A stretch of DNA of 64,000 bases from assembly GCF_053078305.1 (NCBI RefSeq), contig NZ_CP166879.1; one strand, given 5' to 3'. Below are positions 9,700 through 19,737 of this stretch, one piece after another; the first letter of the stretch is position 1, and each line of letters begins with the position of its first letter. Under the pieces are notes generated by a model. That model did no database searches and was not told the origin of the DNA. It saw only the letters and a list, made by a program, of their open reading frames with translations. Both the position numbers and the translations under genes were made by a program.

Positions 9700-10190
9700 T
9701 ATTACAAGTAACGTGGCGTTACACGTGTTAATGCATTACAGAAGTAACAGAGACAATCAGATAGTAAACAACACTCCGGAAGACTGTTTAATGGCATAGG
9801 TATACTTTTTACGATCACAATATTATATCACTACCAAAATTCATCAGGTGAACTGCAAAAGCAAAACATTAACAGTTCTCCCTCAACCACCGTTATCCAC
9901 ACTATTGACACTGACGATTCATACTCTTATTTAGCCAGAATAGCCTCCACACAACAGGCATTACTTAACAAAGTACATTACAGTCAGTGTGTGTACATGA
10001 CAGATTTATATTCAGGTGTTACGAGATTACATTACAGCAGAGAGAGTTAAGGACAGAGTTACAAGTACTACTACAGAGAATATCTCTGTACAGATACTTC
10101 TATGAGCATATCTTTATGAGAGATCCGTCTACAGGATTGGGTTACAAGGTGGAATTACAGAATTACAGGGTTCATTTACATAACCATACT
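9700..10190. repeat. AT-rich divergent intergenic region with about ten degenerate TTACA(G/A) repeats
   Basis: ATTACAG at about 9734, 9975, 10028, 10153, 10161; GTTACAAG at 10057 and 10141; related copies at 9710 and 9719; lies between the minus-strand block ending at hha and the plus-strand block starting at 10503. Confidence 0.6.
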
Positions 10191-10502
10191 TCTATAAATA
10201 ATACTAATTAACCTTAATTATTTTTTAATAGTACATGAACTGCCTGTAGCTGTAACGACAAATCACCCAAAATGAAAAATACTGGTTATCACGGTTCAGA
10301 GAACTCGTATAAGTACCTCCCCCCTGAGCAATGCTTCATTTTCTGTGGTTCTATGTGATAGAGTTATGCTGAGTACAGTGGCAGTAACCCTGCTTTCCAC
10401 CACTCAATGACAAAACACACAAAAAATTAATTATATGAATTAACAGTGTTTTTTATGGAATGTTATGCATATCAACCAATATGATTAACAGAAAACTTCA
10501 TC

Positions 10503-11294
10503 ATGACAACACGTATAACTTTCAATATGACCAGTGATGAGACGCTGCGAATTGTGGATGAGTACTGTCATACCCACAAACTTTCGCGCTCTAAGGTAAT
10601 CGACGCATTACTCAGCGCCACAGCACCTGTCCTTAACGATATTAACTGTTATTATCAACTTGCAGGCAAACTGCAGTCACGCTTATTAAATGGAGTGTAT
10701 CAACGGGATCTTCCTCACAAACGCAATGTCGTCAGTGCAGAGAAGTATTGTCTGGAAATCTGGGAAAACAAACTTTTCACCAAAAGAATCCTGGAGTTTG
10801 ACAGTTCAAATGGTGTTCTATACGCGCTGAAACATAAAAGACACTATCGCCGGGATAAGATGATTGGACGGGTTGAAAGCCGGCGTATCAAAGACATTTG
10901 CGAATACCAGATGCAACTGTCCGGGGAGAAGGCAAAATATGCCTGTTTTATTTATATTGAAAGAACAATATACAATCACGATAATCCATCCGGTGAAACA
11001 CCTGTAAAAGCGGCTGTTGGTAATGCAGTCATCCTGCTGGCAAAAGACGTGATATATGACGAGTACTTTTTTGATCTGCGGCAGTCATTTTTCGTGAGCG
11101 TTAAAGATTTGATGGCCTCTGGCGCAAAAGGTATTCCGGAGACACAGAAATATCCGGACGTTTATTGCTGGATCCCGCTTTTCTCCATAAATTCCGGCGT
11201 GGTCATTACCCCGGTCTATAAAATTGATCCCCGGAAACCCGTAACGGTAAAAAAACCGGATCAGATCACTGTTGTTTGTAATTACAGAGAATAA
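10503..11294 (+). CDS. Hypothetical protein with N-terminal ribbon-helix-helix-like domain (263 aa)
   Basis: N-terminus TRITFNMTSDETLRIVDEYCHTHKLSRSKVIDALL has a beta-strand plus two-helix RHH pattern; the remaining 220 aa is unrecognised. Confidence 0.5.
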   Translation: MTTRITFNMTSDETLRIVDEYCHTHKLSRSKVIDALLSATAPVLNDINCYYQLAGKLQSRLLNGVYQRDLPHKRNVVSAEKYCLEIWENKLFTKRILEFDSSNGVLYALKHKRHYRRDKMIGRVESRRIKDICEYQMQLSGEKAKYACFIYIERTIYNHDNPSGETPVKAAVGNAVILLAKDVIYDEYFFDLRQSFFVSVKDLMASGAKGIPETQKYPDVYCWIPLFSINSGVVITPVYKIDPRKPVTVKKPDQITVVCNYRE

Positions 11295-11676
11295 TTTCAG
11301 TCTTCTCCGTTCACCGCAACAGTGTTTACCTCTGCTTTATCTTCCTTTCAGTAAATACAAACCACAGCTCTGGCAGGTACAGGGCGTGGTTTATCTCCGA
11401 TACTCCCCTGCGCAGTAATAATCATCACTGAAAATACTGATTCCGTCACGGCAAAACGCCATCCCATATTCCGGCAACACAAAATCATCTTCCGTTTATA
11501 CCGGCTTCACTGACAAAACAGACAACCTGTATTGCCTGTACACAACAGTTTCTCTCCTGGCAGGAATATTCCTCAACTTTTTTACGTTTCTCCCCGGTTG
11601 TTATGCCGGTGAAGGTGGTGCGTCGTTTTCATCACCAACGCCGGTTGAGATTAACAACATCCGGAGGAACATTTTC

Positions 11677-11883
11677 ATGAAGACCCCAGTTTCGCTGATG
11701 GATGACCAGATGGTCGACATGGCGTTTATCACTCAACTGACCGGCTTAACCGATAAGTGGTTTTATAAGCTCATCAAAGATGGTGCCTTTCCGGCCCCCA
11801 TCAAACTCGGCCGCAGCTCCCGATGGCTGAAAAGTGAAGTGGAAGCCTGGTTGCAGGCGCGTATTGCACAATCCCGTCCGTAA
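11677..11883 (+). CDS. alpA: AlpA-family prophage transcriptional regulator
   Basis: 68 aa; helix-turn-helix segment FITQLTGLTDKWFYKLIKDGAFPAPIKLGRSSRWLKSEVEAWL typical of AlpA; GGAGG ribosome-binding site at 11664. Confidence 0.8.
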   Translation: MKTPVSLMDDQMVDMAFITQLTGLTDKWFYKLIKDGAFPAPIKLGRSSRWLKSEVEAWLQARIAQSRP

Positions 11884-11968
11884 TTACTGACCGTTATCCG
11901 TTCAACCGCAGCGAATACACTATCCGGCCTCCGGAGGCATTCTGCTGCGTGCTAAAGGAGAGAATATT

Positions 11969-12541
11969 ATGCAAAAACTTGAAAACCGGTGTGATCTGCT
12001 GCTAATTCAGCATCAGAAATGGATGGCAAGTGTAACCCGGTTTATTGTCGCTCATGGAATGGGCTCTCCGCATCTTCATGGTTATCACCGCCTGACCCTG
12101 GCTCACTTTTTTCTACCGGAAAAAGGCACCATCATCTCAGTGGCACCACAGGGACTCTATCAGGTCGTCAACCCGGGAACGCCACCGTTCATTCCTGCCA
12201 TTCAGGAAGGGTTAATGACCAGCATTCAGACCCATGAAATCATGCTGCTTACGCATTTTAATCTGGGCGGCGTTTTACTCAGTGAGCTACATCGTCTGGG
12301 CGAAAGCCGGCTGGCAAACAGGCTGAACAGTCTGCTCCGGCGTTTCGAAGATCGCGATCTCTACCACACGCTGATATGGCTGTGCTGGTATGATCTGATG
12401 TGTGCCCACTCCATGCAGCCCTGGACTGAAGAGTTAAAGCATAAATCACACACAGAGCTTGAAAGCTGGGCTGTGGCGCGCAAACGGGAAAAGCGCGAGC
12501 TTGAACTGATGATTGACGAGTATCTGTTATACGCCTGTTGA
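11969..12541 (+). CDS. Hypothetical protein (190 aa)
   Basis: ORF with AAAGGAG ribosome-binding site immediately downstream of alpA; no family recognised. Confidence 0.45.
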   Translation: MQKLENRCDLLLIQHQKWMASVTRFIVAHGMGSPHLHGYHRLTLAHFFLPEKGTIISVAPQGLYQVVNPGTPPFIPAIQEGLMTSIQTHEIMLLTHFNLGGVLLSELHRLGESRLANRLNSLLRRFEDRDLYHTLIWLCWYDLMCAHSMQPWTEELKHKSHTELESWAVARKREKRELELMIDEYLLYAC

Positions 12542-14121
12542 TTCATAACGCTCCCGGGATTCCTTCCTCATCGTTGCACACAACCGGACGGCTATCTGTG
12601 GCAGTCCGCCAAATGACCCTCGCCGCATTTCGTTCTGCTGAAAACGGTACGTAGCCAGTGATACCGGAATTTCCGGAGAGGGTCGCAGGTATATTGCTTC
12701 TGTGCAATTGATGCTTATTTACATTGGATGTGGTTATTTCTGCATCCAATGCTATCGGAAAGAGATCAACCAGCAAATGGTTCCTCAAATCGTATTGATA
12801 TTTACCCGGTGCATTGAGCACCTCCATCTGACACTCCGTTCCCGCATCAAACGGCTGAACCGGAAAACGATTTGCTTTTCACGCTCCGTGGAAATTCACG
12901 AAAAAGTTATTGGGTCATTCATCGAAAAACACATGTTCTGCTGACTGGAGCCATCACCCGGAAATATACGTCAACTGAACAATAACGATTTTTTCTTTAT
13001 GGGATCCCATACACTTTCCCATACCCCTCTGAAAATCAGTCATCAACTCACCAACACATCTTCTGAAATCTGTATTAAACTTATTGCTTAAATAGATGAT
13101 ATAACACATCTTCCATTGCACGGAATCAGCGAAAACTGTCATTCTGGCAATCTTAACAAGATCATTTATCGGTTAATTTTATCAGTAAACAATGGAATAT
13201 CACACTGATAAAATGAACATTCAGGGTAAGATGATAAAATTCACATAAAAAATGCTGAAGATTATTTATTTCATGCAGATAAACGATAAAATACAAGAGA
13301 GTATATTTTTCAGTGTAAGAGTCAATCGTTCATCTCCACTGACGATCACGGTCAGCACATAAACAAAGTGAGTCCTCCTGCTTAGTCATTGCGTATCAGA
13401 AACTAAAAAACAAAAGATTCTGTAAACAACGTGACATTTTTTATGACATTTCCCGAATACAGATATATCAACAAACAGTAGTCAGCGTTGAATTAATAAG
13501 TTTTACAGGGCTATACGTATCTTATAAAACCACTCAACGACCATCATCACCTGACTATTTAGCGGGAGTATCATCTGTATAAATCCCTAAATAATAACAC
13601 CTGTTATTAAAATAAGAATGCTGTCAGCAGTAAATTATTAACATAACACCTGTCCACTCTATCTGTTCTTCTAACTCAACCGGCATCGAAAATATTGCCT
13701 GATTAGTGCATCATAGCCTTCTTTTTTCTTTCCCGACCATCAAAACAAATACAACATTTACAACCACACAATAAAACAAAACTAAAACATAAGATTAACA
13801 ACACCAATCAACAGGAAAACACTGAATATTGAGGTGCCCTGTAACCTGGAGAGCGCATACGGCGCATGTGATCAACACAGCCCATTCTTTTCTGTCATCC
13901 CCCAAATGCAGAACAAACAAGCATAACCTAATGAATATAAAATAAAATATTATTTTTCACCATCATAAAAACATCAATGTATCTTTATATAAAAACACTG
14001 ACAACATGACATAAACATTTAAAAACATAAACAAATCACAACAAAAACATTTGATAATCACTTAGTGACAAAATAAAATTGAGACGATTTTGTTATAAGA
14101 GAGGCGCCATGGAGTGAGATA

Positions 14122-15141
14122 ATGAATAACGAACAGATGCTTATCAAATGCAAAGATCCCCGTAAATGTCGGTTTTATGCTGAATATCTGAATCACAAAT
14201 ACCCCAATGAATTCCCTCAGTTTGCGCCTGACAACCCACAAAACTGTATCAGAAATGTTAATGCGTTTTTAAAAGAAAAGTATTGTAATACTTCAAACAA
14301 TTCTTTTGGTGTTTTTGGTTCGACTGCAGAAGAAGCTCTCAGCAAAGAAATTAATGAACTTGAAATTATTGCAGGGCAGGCAATACTGCCTGAAGAGAGT
14401 TTTCTCTGGTTGAAAACTGACGAACTTGCGACTTTCTTTACCTGGACTACTATTTATCTGTCGAAGGAAGACCATACAAATTTCCCGGAAATAAACCATA
14501 ATTCATCAGGGATAAAAAACGGAATTGAAGTCAGAAAAAGACGAACAGTTACCGATGAAACGTTAAATACTTACAAAAAAAGTAACCTTCCGGATAATCC
14601 ATCATCCCATAACGAACGAATAAAAGTAATCATTTTATATTTTGATTCCTGTCATTCTTTAATTAATAAAAATGCAAAAAGCATATACCTCGAGGAACTC
14701 AGGCAGACGTGGCTTAAAAATAAAAGCGCTTGTCAAAAGTTTAAGTGGCTCCTTCCTGACGATGATGAAATGTGTCAGTGGTTCTGGACAAGACTGAAAC
14801 AAAAACAGGATGAAACACATCCGGTACATAACCCGGTGACCCGGTGGTTCATACCATCTTCAACGAAAGAATATTATCTTGCCTCTCTCGTCGCCTTTGC
14901 TTTATGGAAAGAGGCACCTGATACCATTGAACTGTTCAGAACACGCATAAATCATGCCTGGCATCAAAAAAAACAAAAAGACAAATATCGGAATGATGGT
15001 AAAAAGGCTATTAATATACATATAAGAAGCAATGCGAAAGAAATGCTTGATGAACTCAGAACTGTTTACGGTCTGAGAACAGGAGAGTTTTTTGAAATGC
15101 TGATTACAGAAAAATATCTTGAACACAAGCGAAGGAAGTAA
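14122..15141 (+). CDS. Hypothetical low-GC, Lys-rich protein (339 aa) with C-terminal RHH-like segment
   Basis: ORF with GGAGTGAG ribosome-binding site, preceded by about 1.1 kb of ORF-free AT-rich DNA; C-terminus INIHIRSNAKEMLDELRTVYGLRTGEFFEML looks ribbon-helix-helix-like. Confidence 0.5.
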   Translation: MNNEQMLIKCKDPRKCRFYAEYLNHKYPNEFPQFAPDNPQNCIRNVNAFLKEKYCNTSNNSFGVFGSTAEEALSKEINELEIIAGQAILPEESFLWLKTDELATFFTWTTIYLSKEDHTNFPEINHNSSGIKNGIEVRKRRTVTDETLNTYKKSNLPDNPSSHNERIKVIILYFDSCHSLINKNAKSIYLEELRQTWLKNKSACQKFKWLLPDDDEMCQWFWTRLKQKQDETHPVHNPVTRWFIPSSTKEYYLASLVAFALWKEAPDTIELFRTRINHAWHQKKQKDKYRNDGKKAINIHIRSNAKEMLDELRTVYGLRTGEFFEMLITEKYLEHKRRK

Positions 15142-15211
15142 TTCATTACCTGTTACATTCTAAATAATCTCAGACAGATATTATCTCCGTGAATCCCCCG
15201 CCACCTTTCCG

Positions 15212-16123
15212 GTGCGCGGGGTTTTGTCTTTTTTCACCGGGAATACATGTATGAATCCGTCTGATGCCATTGAGGCAATTGAAAAACCGCTCTCCTCCCT
15301 GCCTTACTCACTTTCCCGTCACATCCTGGAACATCTGCGCAAACTCACCAGCCACGAACCCGTGATTGGCATTATGGGGAAAAGCGGGGCCGGTAAATCC
15401 TCACTCTGTAATGCACTGTTTCAGGGGGAGGTCACCCCGGTCAGTGATGTTCACGCCGGCACCCGGGAAGTGCGGCGCTTCCGTCTGAGTGGCCATGGTC
15501 ACAACATGGTTATCACTGACCTGCCCGGGGTGGGTGAGAGCCGGGACAGGGATGCAGAGTATGAAGCCCTGTACCGTGACATTCTGCCTGAACTTGACCT
15601 GGTGCTGTGGCTGATTAAAGCCGATGACCGTGCCATGTCTGTGGATGAGTATTTCTGGCGACACATCCTGCACCAGGGACATCAGCAGGTGCTGTTTGTG
15701 GTGACACAGGCCGACAAAACGGAGCCCTGCCATGAATGGGATATGGCCGGTATTCAGCCTTCTCCCGCACAGGCACAGAATATTCGCGAAAAAACGGAGG
15801 CGGTATTCCGTCTGTTCCGGCCCGTACATCCGGTTGTGGCCGTATCGGCCCGCACCGGCTGGGAACTGGATACGCTGGTCAGTGCGCTCATGACAGCGCT
15901 TCCCGACCATGCCGCCAGTCCCCTGATGACCCGCCTGCAGGACGAGCTGCGCACGGAATCTGTCCGCTCTCAGGCCCGTGAACAGTTTACCGGTGCGGTG
16001 GACCGGATATTTGACACGGCGGAGAGCGTCTGTGTTGCCTCTGTTGCCCGTACGGTTCTGCGTGCCGTCCGTGACACGGTGGTCTCTGTTGCCCGCGCTG
16101 TATGGAACTGGATTTTCTTCTGA
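15212..16123 (+). CDS. YeeP/YkfA/YfjP-family GTPase
   Basis: P-loop GIMGKSGAGKSS and G-domain motifs; conserved position upstream of flu. The track ORF starts at GTG 15212; the first ATG is at 15251. Confidence 0.8.
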   Translation: MRGVLSFFTGNTCMNPSDAIEAIEKPLSSLPYSLSRHILEHLRKLTSHEPVIGIMGKSGAGKSSLCNALFQGEVTPVSDVHAGTREVRRFRLSGHGHNMVITDLPGVGESRDRDAEYEALYRDILPELDLVLWLIKADDRAMSVDEYFWRHILHQGHQQVLFVVTQADKTEPCHEWDMAGIQPSPAQAQNIREKTEAVFRLFRPVHPVVAVSARTGWELDTLVSALMTALPDHAASPLMTRLQDELRTESVRSQAREQFTGAVDRIFDTAESVCVASVARTVLRAVRDTVVSVARAVWNWIFF

Positions 16124-16239
16124 ACACTCTGCCAGGAAAATGCCTGATTACATTGCGTTAACCAACTGAAAACATGACACAAACACCTCATGCTCCTCCT
16201 GTTTCTCTTGCGTGACCGCCTTGCAATCAATAGAATAAA

Positions 16240-16280
16240 ACGATCGATAAAACAGATATCGATCGTTACTATCGATCGTT
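16240..16280 (+). promoter_or_regulatory. agn43 (flu) regulatory region with three GATC sites (OxyR / Dam phase-variation switch)
   Basis: GATC at 16242, 16261 and 16274 within cgatcgataaaacagatatcgatcgttactatcgatcg, about 220 bp upstream of the flu start; matches the known agn43 switch architecture. Confidence 0.75.
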
Positions 16281-16494
16281 TATAGTGGTTAATGGTCTGC
16301 GAAAAGGCAGTTGAATCTCTTCATCATGCAGAACGGAATTGCACAAAACGGACTGATACTTCTCTGGCGGATGAGAGAGGGGAAGCATTTATGTCCGGGA
16401 AAAACCACTGTATCTGACCATGCTGTTTTGTACCTGCCGGTATCCACATTTGTGGGTACCGGCTTTTTTATTCACCCTCTGTAAGGAAAAGCTG

Positions 16495-19400
16495 ATGAAA
16501 CGACATCTGAACACCAGCTACAGGCTGGTATGGAATCACATTACGGGCACCCTGGTGGTGGCCTCCGAACTGGCCCGCTCACGGGGAAAACGCGCCGGTG
16601 TGGCGGTTGCTCTGTCTCTTGCTACTGTCACGTCAGTCCCGGCACTGGCTGCTGACACGGTTGTTCAGGCAGGAGAAACCGTGAATGGCGGAACACTGGT
16701 AAACCATGACAACCAGTTTGTATCCGGAACAGCTGATGGCGTGACTGTCAGTACCGGGCTTGAGCTGGGGCCGGACAGTGACGAAAACACCGGCGGGCAA
16801 TGGATAAAAGCGGGTGGCACAGGCAGAAACACCACTGTCACCGCAAATGGTCGTCAGATTGTGCAGGCAGGAGGAACTGCCAGTGATACGGTTATTCGTG
16901 ACGGCGGGGGACAGAGCCTGAACGGGCTGGCGGTGAACACCACGCTGAATAACAGAGGCGAGCAGTGGGTTCATGAGGGCGGGGTTGCCACCGGTACAAT
17001 TATCAACCGCGACGGTTACCAGAGCGTTAAAAGTGGCGGGCTGGCAACAGGAACCATCATCAACACCGGCGCAGAAGGCGGCCCGGATTCTGACAACTCG
17101 TACACGGGTCAGAAGGTCCAGGGAACAGCAGAATCCACCACCATCAACAAAAATGGACGGCAGATTATCTTATTTTCCGGGATAGCCCGTGACACTCTCA
17201 TTTACGCAGGTGGTGACCAGTCGGTACACGGAAGGGCCCTGAATACCACACTGAATGGCGGTTACCAGTATGTGCACAAGGACGGACTTGCGCTGAACAC
17301 GGTAATTAACGAGGGGGGCTGGCAGGTTGTTAAGGCAGGTGGTGCTGTCGGTAACACCACCATAAATCAGAACGGTGAACTGAGAGTACATGCCGGCGGG
17401 GAAGCAACTGCAGTCACCCAGAACACGGGCGGTGCACTGGTTACCAGTACGGCTGCAACCGTTACCGGCATAAACCGCCTGGGAGCATTCTCCGTTGTGG
17501 CGGGTAAGGCTGATAATGTCGTACTGGAAAATGGCGGACGTCTGGATGTGCTGAGCGGACACACAGCCACTAATACCCGTGTGGATGATGGCGGAACGCT
17601 GGATGTCCGCAACGGTGGTGCCGCCACCACCGTATCCATGGGGAATGGCGGTGTACTGCTGGCCGATTCCGGGGCCGCTGTCAGTGGTACCCGGAGCGAC
17701 GGAAAGGCATTCAGTATCGGAGGCGGTCAGGCGGATGCCCTGATGCTGGAAAAAGGCAGTTCCTTCACACTGAACGCCGGTGATACGGCCACGGATACCA
17801 CGGTAAATGGCGGACTGTTCACCGCCAGAGGGGGCTCGCTGGCGGGCACCACCACGCTGAATAACGGTGCCACGCTTACCCTTTCCGGGAAAACGGTGAA
17901 TAACGATACCCTGACCATCCATGAAGGTGATGCACTCCTGCAGGGAGGCGCTCTTACCGGTAACGGCAGGGTGGAAAAATCAGGAAGTGGCACACTCACT
18001 GTCAGCAACACCACACTCATCCAGAAAACCGTCAACCTGAATGAAGGCACGCTGACGCTGAACGACAGTACCGTCACCACGGATGTCATCGCTCAGCGCG
18101 GCACGGCCCTGAAGCTGACCGGCAGCACAGTGCTGAACGGTGCCATTGACCCCACGAATGTCACCCTGACATCCGGTGCCACCTGGAATATCCCCGATAA
18201 CGCCACGGTGCAGTCGGTGGTGGATGACCTCAGCCATGCCGGACAGATTCATTTCACCTCCACCCGCACAGGGAAGTTCGTACCGGCAACCCTGAAAGTG
18301 AAAAACCTGAACGGGCAGAATGGCACCATCAGCCTGCGTGTACGCCCGGATATGGCACAGAACAATGCTGACAGACTGGTCATTGACGGCGGCAGGGCAA
18401 CCGGAAAAACCATCCTGAACATGGTGAACGCCGGCAACAGTGCGTCGGGGCTGGCGACCAGCGGTAAGGGTATTCAGGTGGTGGAAGCCATTAACGGTGC
18501 CACCACGGAGGAAGGGGCCTTTGTCCAGGGGAACAGGCTGCAGGCCGGGGCCTTTAACTACTCCCTCAACCGGGACAGTGATGAGAGCTGGTATCTGCGC
18601 AGTGAAAATGCTTATCGTGCAGAAGTCCCCCTGTATGCCTCCATGCTGACACAGGCAATGGACTATGACCGGATTCTGGCAGGCTCCCGCAGCCATCAGA
18701 CCGGTGTAAACGGTGAAAATAACAGCGTCCGTCTCAGCATTCAGGGCGGCCATCTCGGTCACGATAACAACGGCGGTATTGTCCGTGGGGCCACGCCGGA
18801 AAGCAGCGGCAGCTATGGCTTCGTCCGCCTGGAGGGTGACCTGCTGAGAACAGAGGTTGCCGGTATGTCTCTGACGACAGGGGTGTATGGTGCTGCAGGC
18901 CATTCTTCCGTTGATGTTAAGAATGATGACGGCTCCCGTGCCGGCACGGTCCGGGATGATGCCGGCAGTCTGGGCGGATACCTGAATCTGGTACACAACG
19001 CCTCCGGCCTGTGGGCTGACATTGTGGCCCAGGGAACCCGCCACAGCATGAAAGCGTCATCGGACAATAACGACTTCCGCGCCCGGGGCTGGGGCTGGCT
19101 GGGCTCACTGGAAACCGGTCTGCCCTTCAGTATCACTGACAATCTGATGCTGGAGCCGCAACTGCAGTACACCTGGCAGGGACTCTCCCTGGATGACGGC
19201 CAGGATAACGCCGGTTATGTGAAGTTCGGGCATGGCAGTGCACAACATGTGCGTGCCGGTTTCCGTCTGGGCAGCCACAACGATATGACCTTTGGTGAAG
19301 GCACCTCATCCCGTGACACCCTGCGCGGCAGTGCCAAACACAGTGTGCGTGAACTGCCGGTGAACTGGTGGGTACAGCCTTCTGTTATCCGCACCTTCAG

Positions 19401-19617
19401 CTCCCGGGGGGACATGAGCATGGGTACAGCCGCAGCCGGCAGTAACATGACGTTCTCACCGTCACAGAATGGTACGTCACTGGACCTGCAGGCCGGACTG
19501 GAAGCCCGTGTCCGGGAAAATATCACCCTGGGCGTTCAGGCTGGTTATGTCCACAGCGTCAGCGGCAGCAGCGCTGAAGGCTATAACGGTCAGGCCACGC
19601 TGAATGTGACCTTCTGA
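16495..19617 (+). CDS. flu: Antigen 43 self-associating autotransporter
   Basis: N-terminus MKRHLNTSYRLVWNHITGTLVVASELARSRGKRAGVAVALSLA is the Ag43 signal peptide; repetitive alpha domain and C-terminal beta-barrel ending NVTF. Start set at ATG 16495 rather than the track start 16420. Confidence 0.95.
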   Translation: MKRHLNTSYRLVWNHITGTLVVASELARSRGKRAGVAVALSLATVTSVPALAADTVVQAGETVNGGTLVNHDNQFVSGTADGVTVSTGLELGPDSDENTGGQWIKAGGTGRNTTVTANGRQIVQAGGTASDTVIRDGGGQSLNGLAVNTTLNNRGEQWVHEGGVATGTIINRDGYQSVKSGGLATGTIINTGAEGGPDSDNSYTGQKVQGTAESTTINKNGRQIILFSGIARDTLIYAGGDQSVHGRALNTTLNGGYQYVHKDGLALNTVINEGGWQVVKAGGAVGNTTINQNGELRVHAGGEATAVTQNTGGALVTSTAATVTGINRLGAFSVVAGKADNVVLENGGRLDVLSGHTATNTRVDDGGTLDVRNGGAATTVSMGNGGVLLADSGAAVSGTRSDGKAFSIGGGQADALMLEKGSSFTLNAGDTATDTTVNGGLFTARGGSLAGTTTLNNGATLTLSGKTVNNDTLTIHEGDALLQGGALTGNGRVEKSGSGTLTVSNTTLIQKTVNLNEGTLTLNDSTVTTDVIAQRGTALKLTGSTVLNGAIDPTNVTLTSGATWNIPDNATVQSVVDDLSHAGQIHFTSTRTGKFVPATLKVKNLNGQNGTISLRVRPDMAQNNADRLVIDGGRATGKTILNMVNAGNSASGLATSGKGIQVVEAINGATTEEGAFVQGNRLQAGAFNYSLNRDSDESWYLRSENAYRAEVPLYASMLTQAMDYDRILAGSRSHQTGVNGENNSVRLSIQGGHLGHDNNGGIVRGATPESSGSYGFVRLEGDLLRTEVAGMSLTTGVYGAAGHSSVDVKNDDGSRAGTVRDDAGSLGGYLNLVHNASGLWADIVAQGTRHSMKASSDNNDFRARGWGWLGSLETGLPFSITDNLMLEPQLQYTWQGLSLDDGQDNAGYVKFGHGSAQHVRAGFRLGSHNDMTFGEGTSSRDTLRGSAKHSVRELPVNWWVQPSVIRTFSSRGDMSMGTAAAGSNMTFSPSQNGTSLDLQAGLEARVRENITLGVQAGYVHSVSGSSAEGYNGQATLNVTF

Positions 19618-19737
19618 CAGAACCATCGCCTCTCTGTGGTCCCGGTCATCATGATCGGGACCCGGACCGGCGCAACGGATATTCAACGCCACATTCGCTG
19701 GCATTAACAATAACATGATATTCATCACGGAGTGACT

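Noticed and set aside
9987-10211. 74 aa ORF within the TTACA repeat region
   Set aside because: The translation is dominated by repeat-derived residues, there is no ribosome-binding site, and the region looks non-coding and regulatory.
12543-13142. Small ORFs (94, 80 and 62 aa) at the edge of the AT-rich tract
   Set aside because: Overlapping, on both strands, without ribosome-binding sites or recognisable motifs; most likely chance ORFs in AT-rich DNA.
16420-16494. Upstream extension of the flu ORF (start MLFCTCRY...)
   Set aside because: The canonical Ag43 start MKRHLNT at 16495 has the expected signal peptide; the extension has no ribosome-binding site and overlaps the known long 5' leader.
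17170-19044. Long antisense ORFs (250 aa and 354 aa on the minus strand, plus several shorter ones) inside flu
   Set aside because: They lie entirely within the well-supported Ag43 coding sequence on the opposite strand; GC-rich, repeat-rich coding DNA commonly yields long spurious antisense frames, and no ribosome-binding sites or family signatures were seen.
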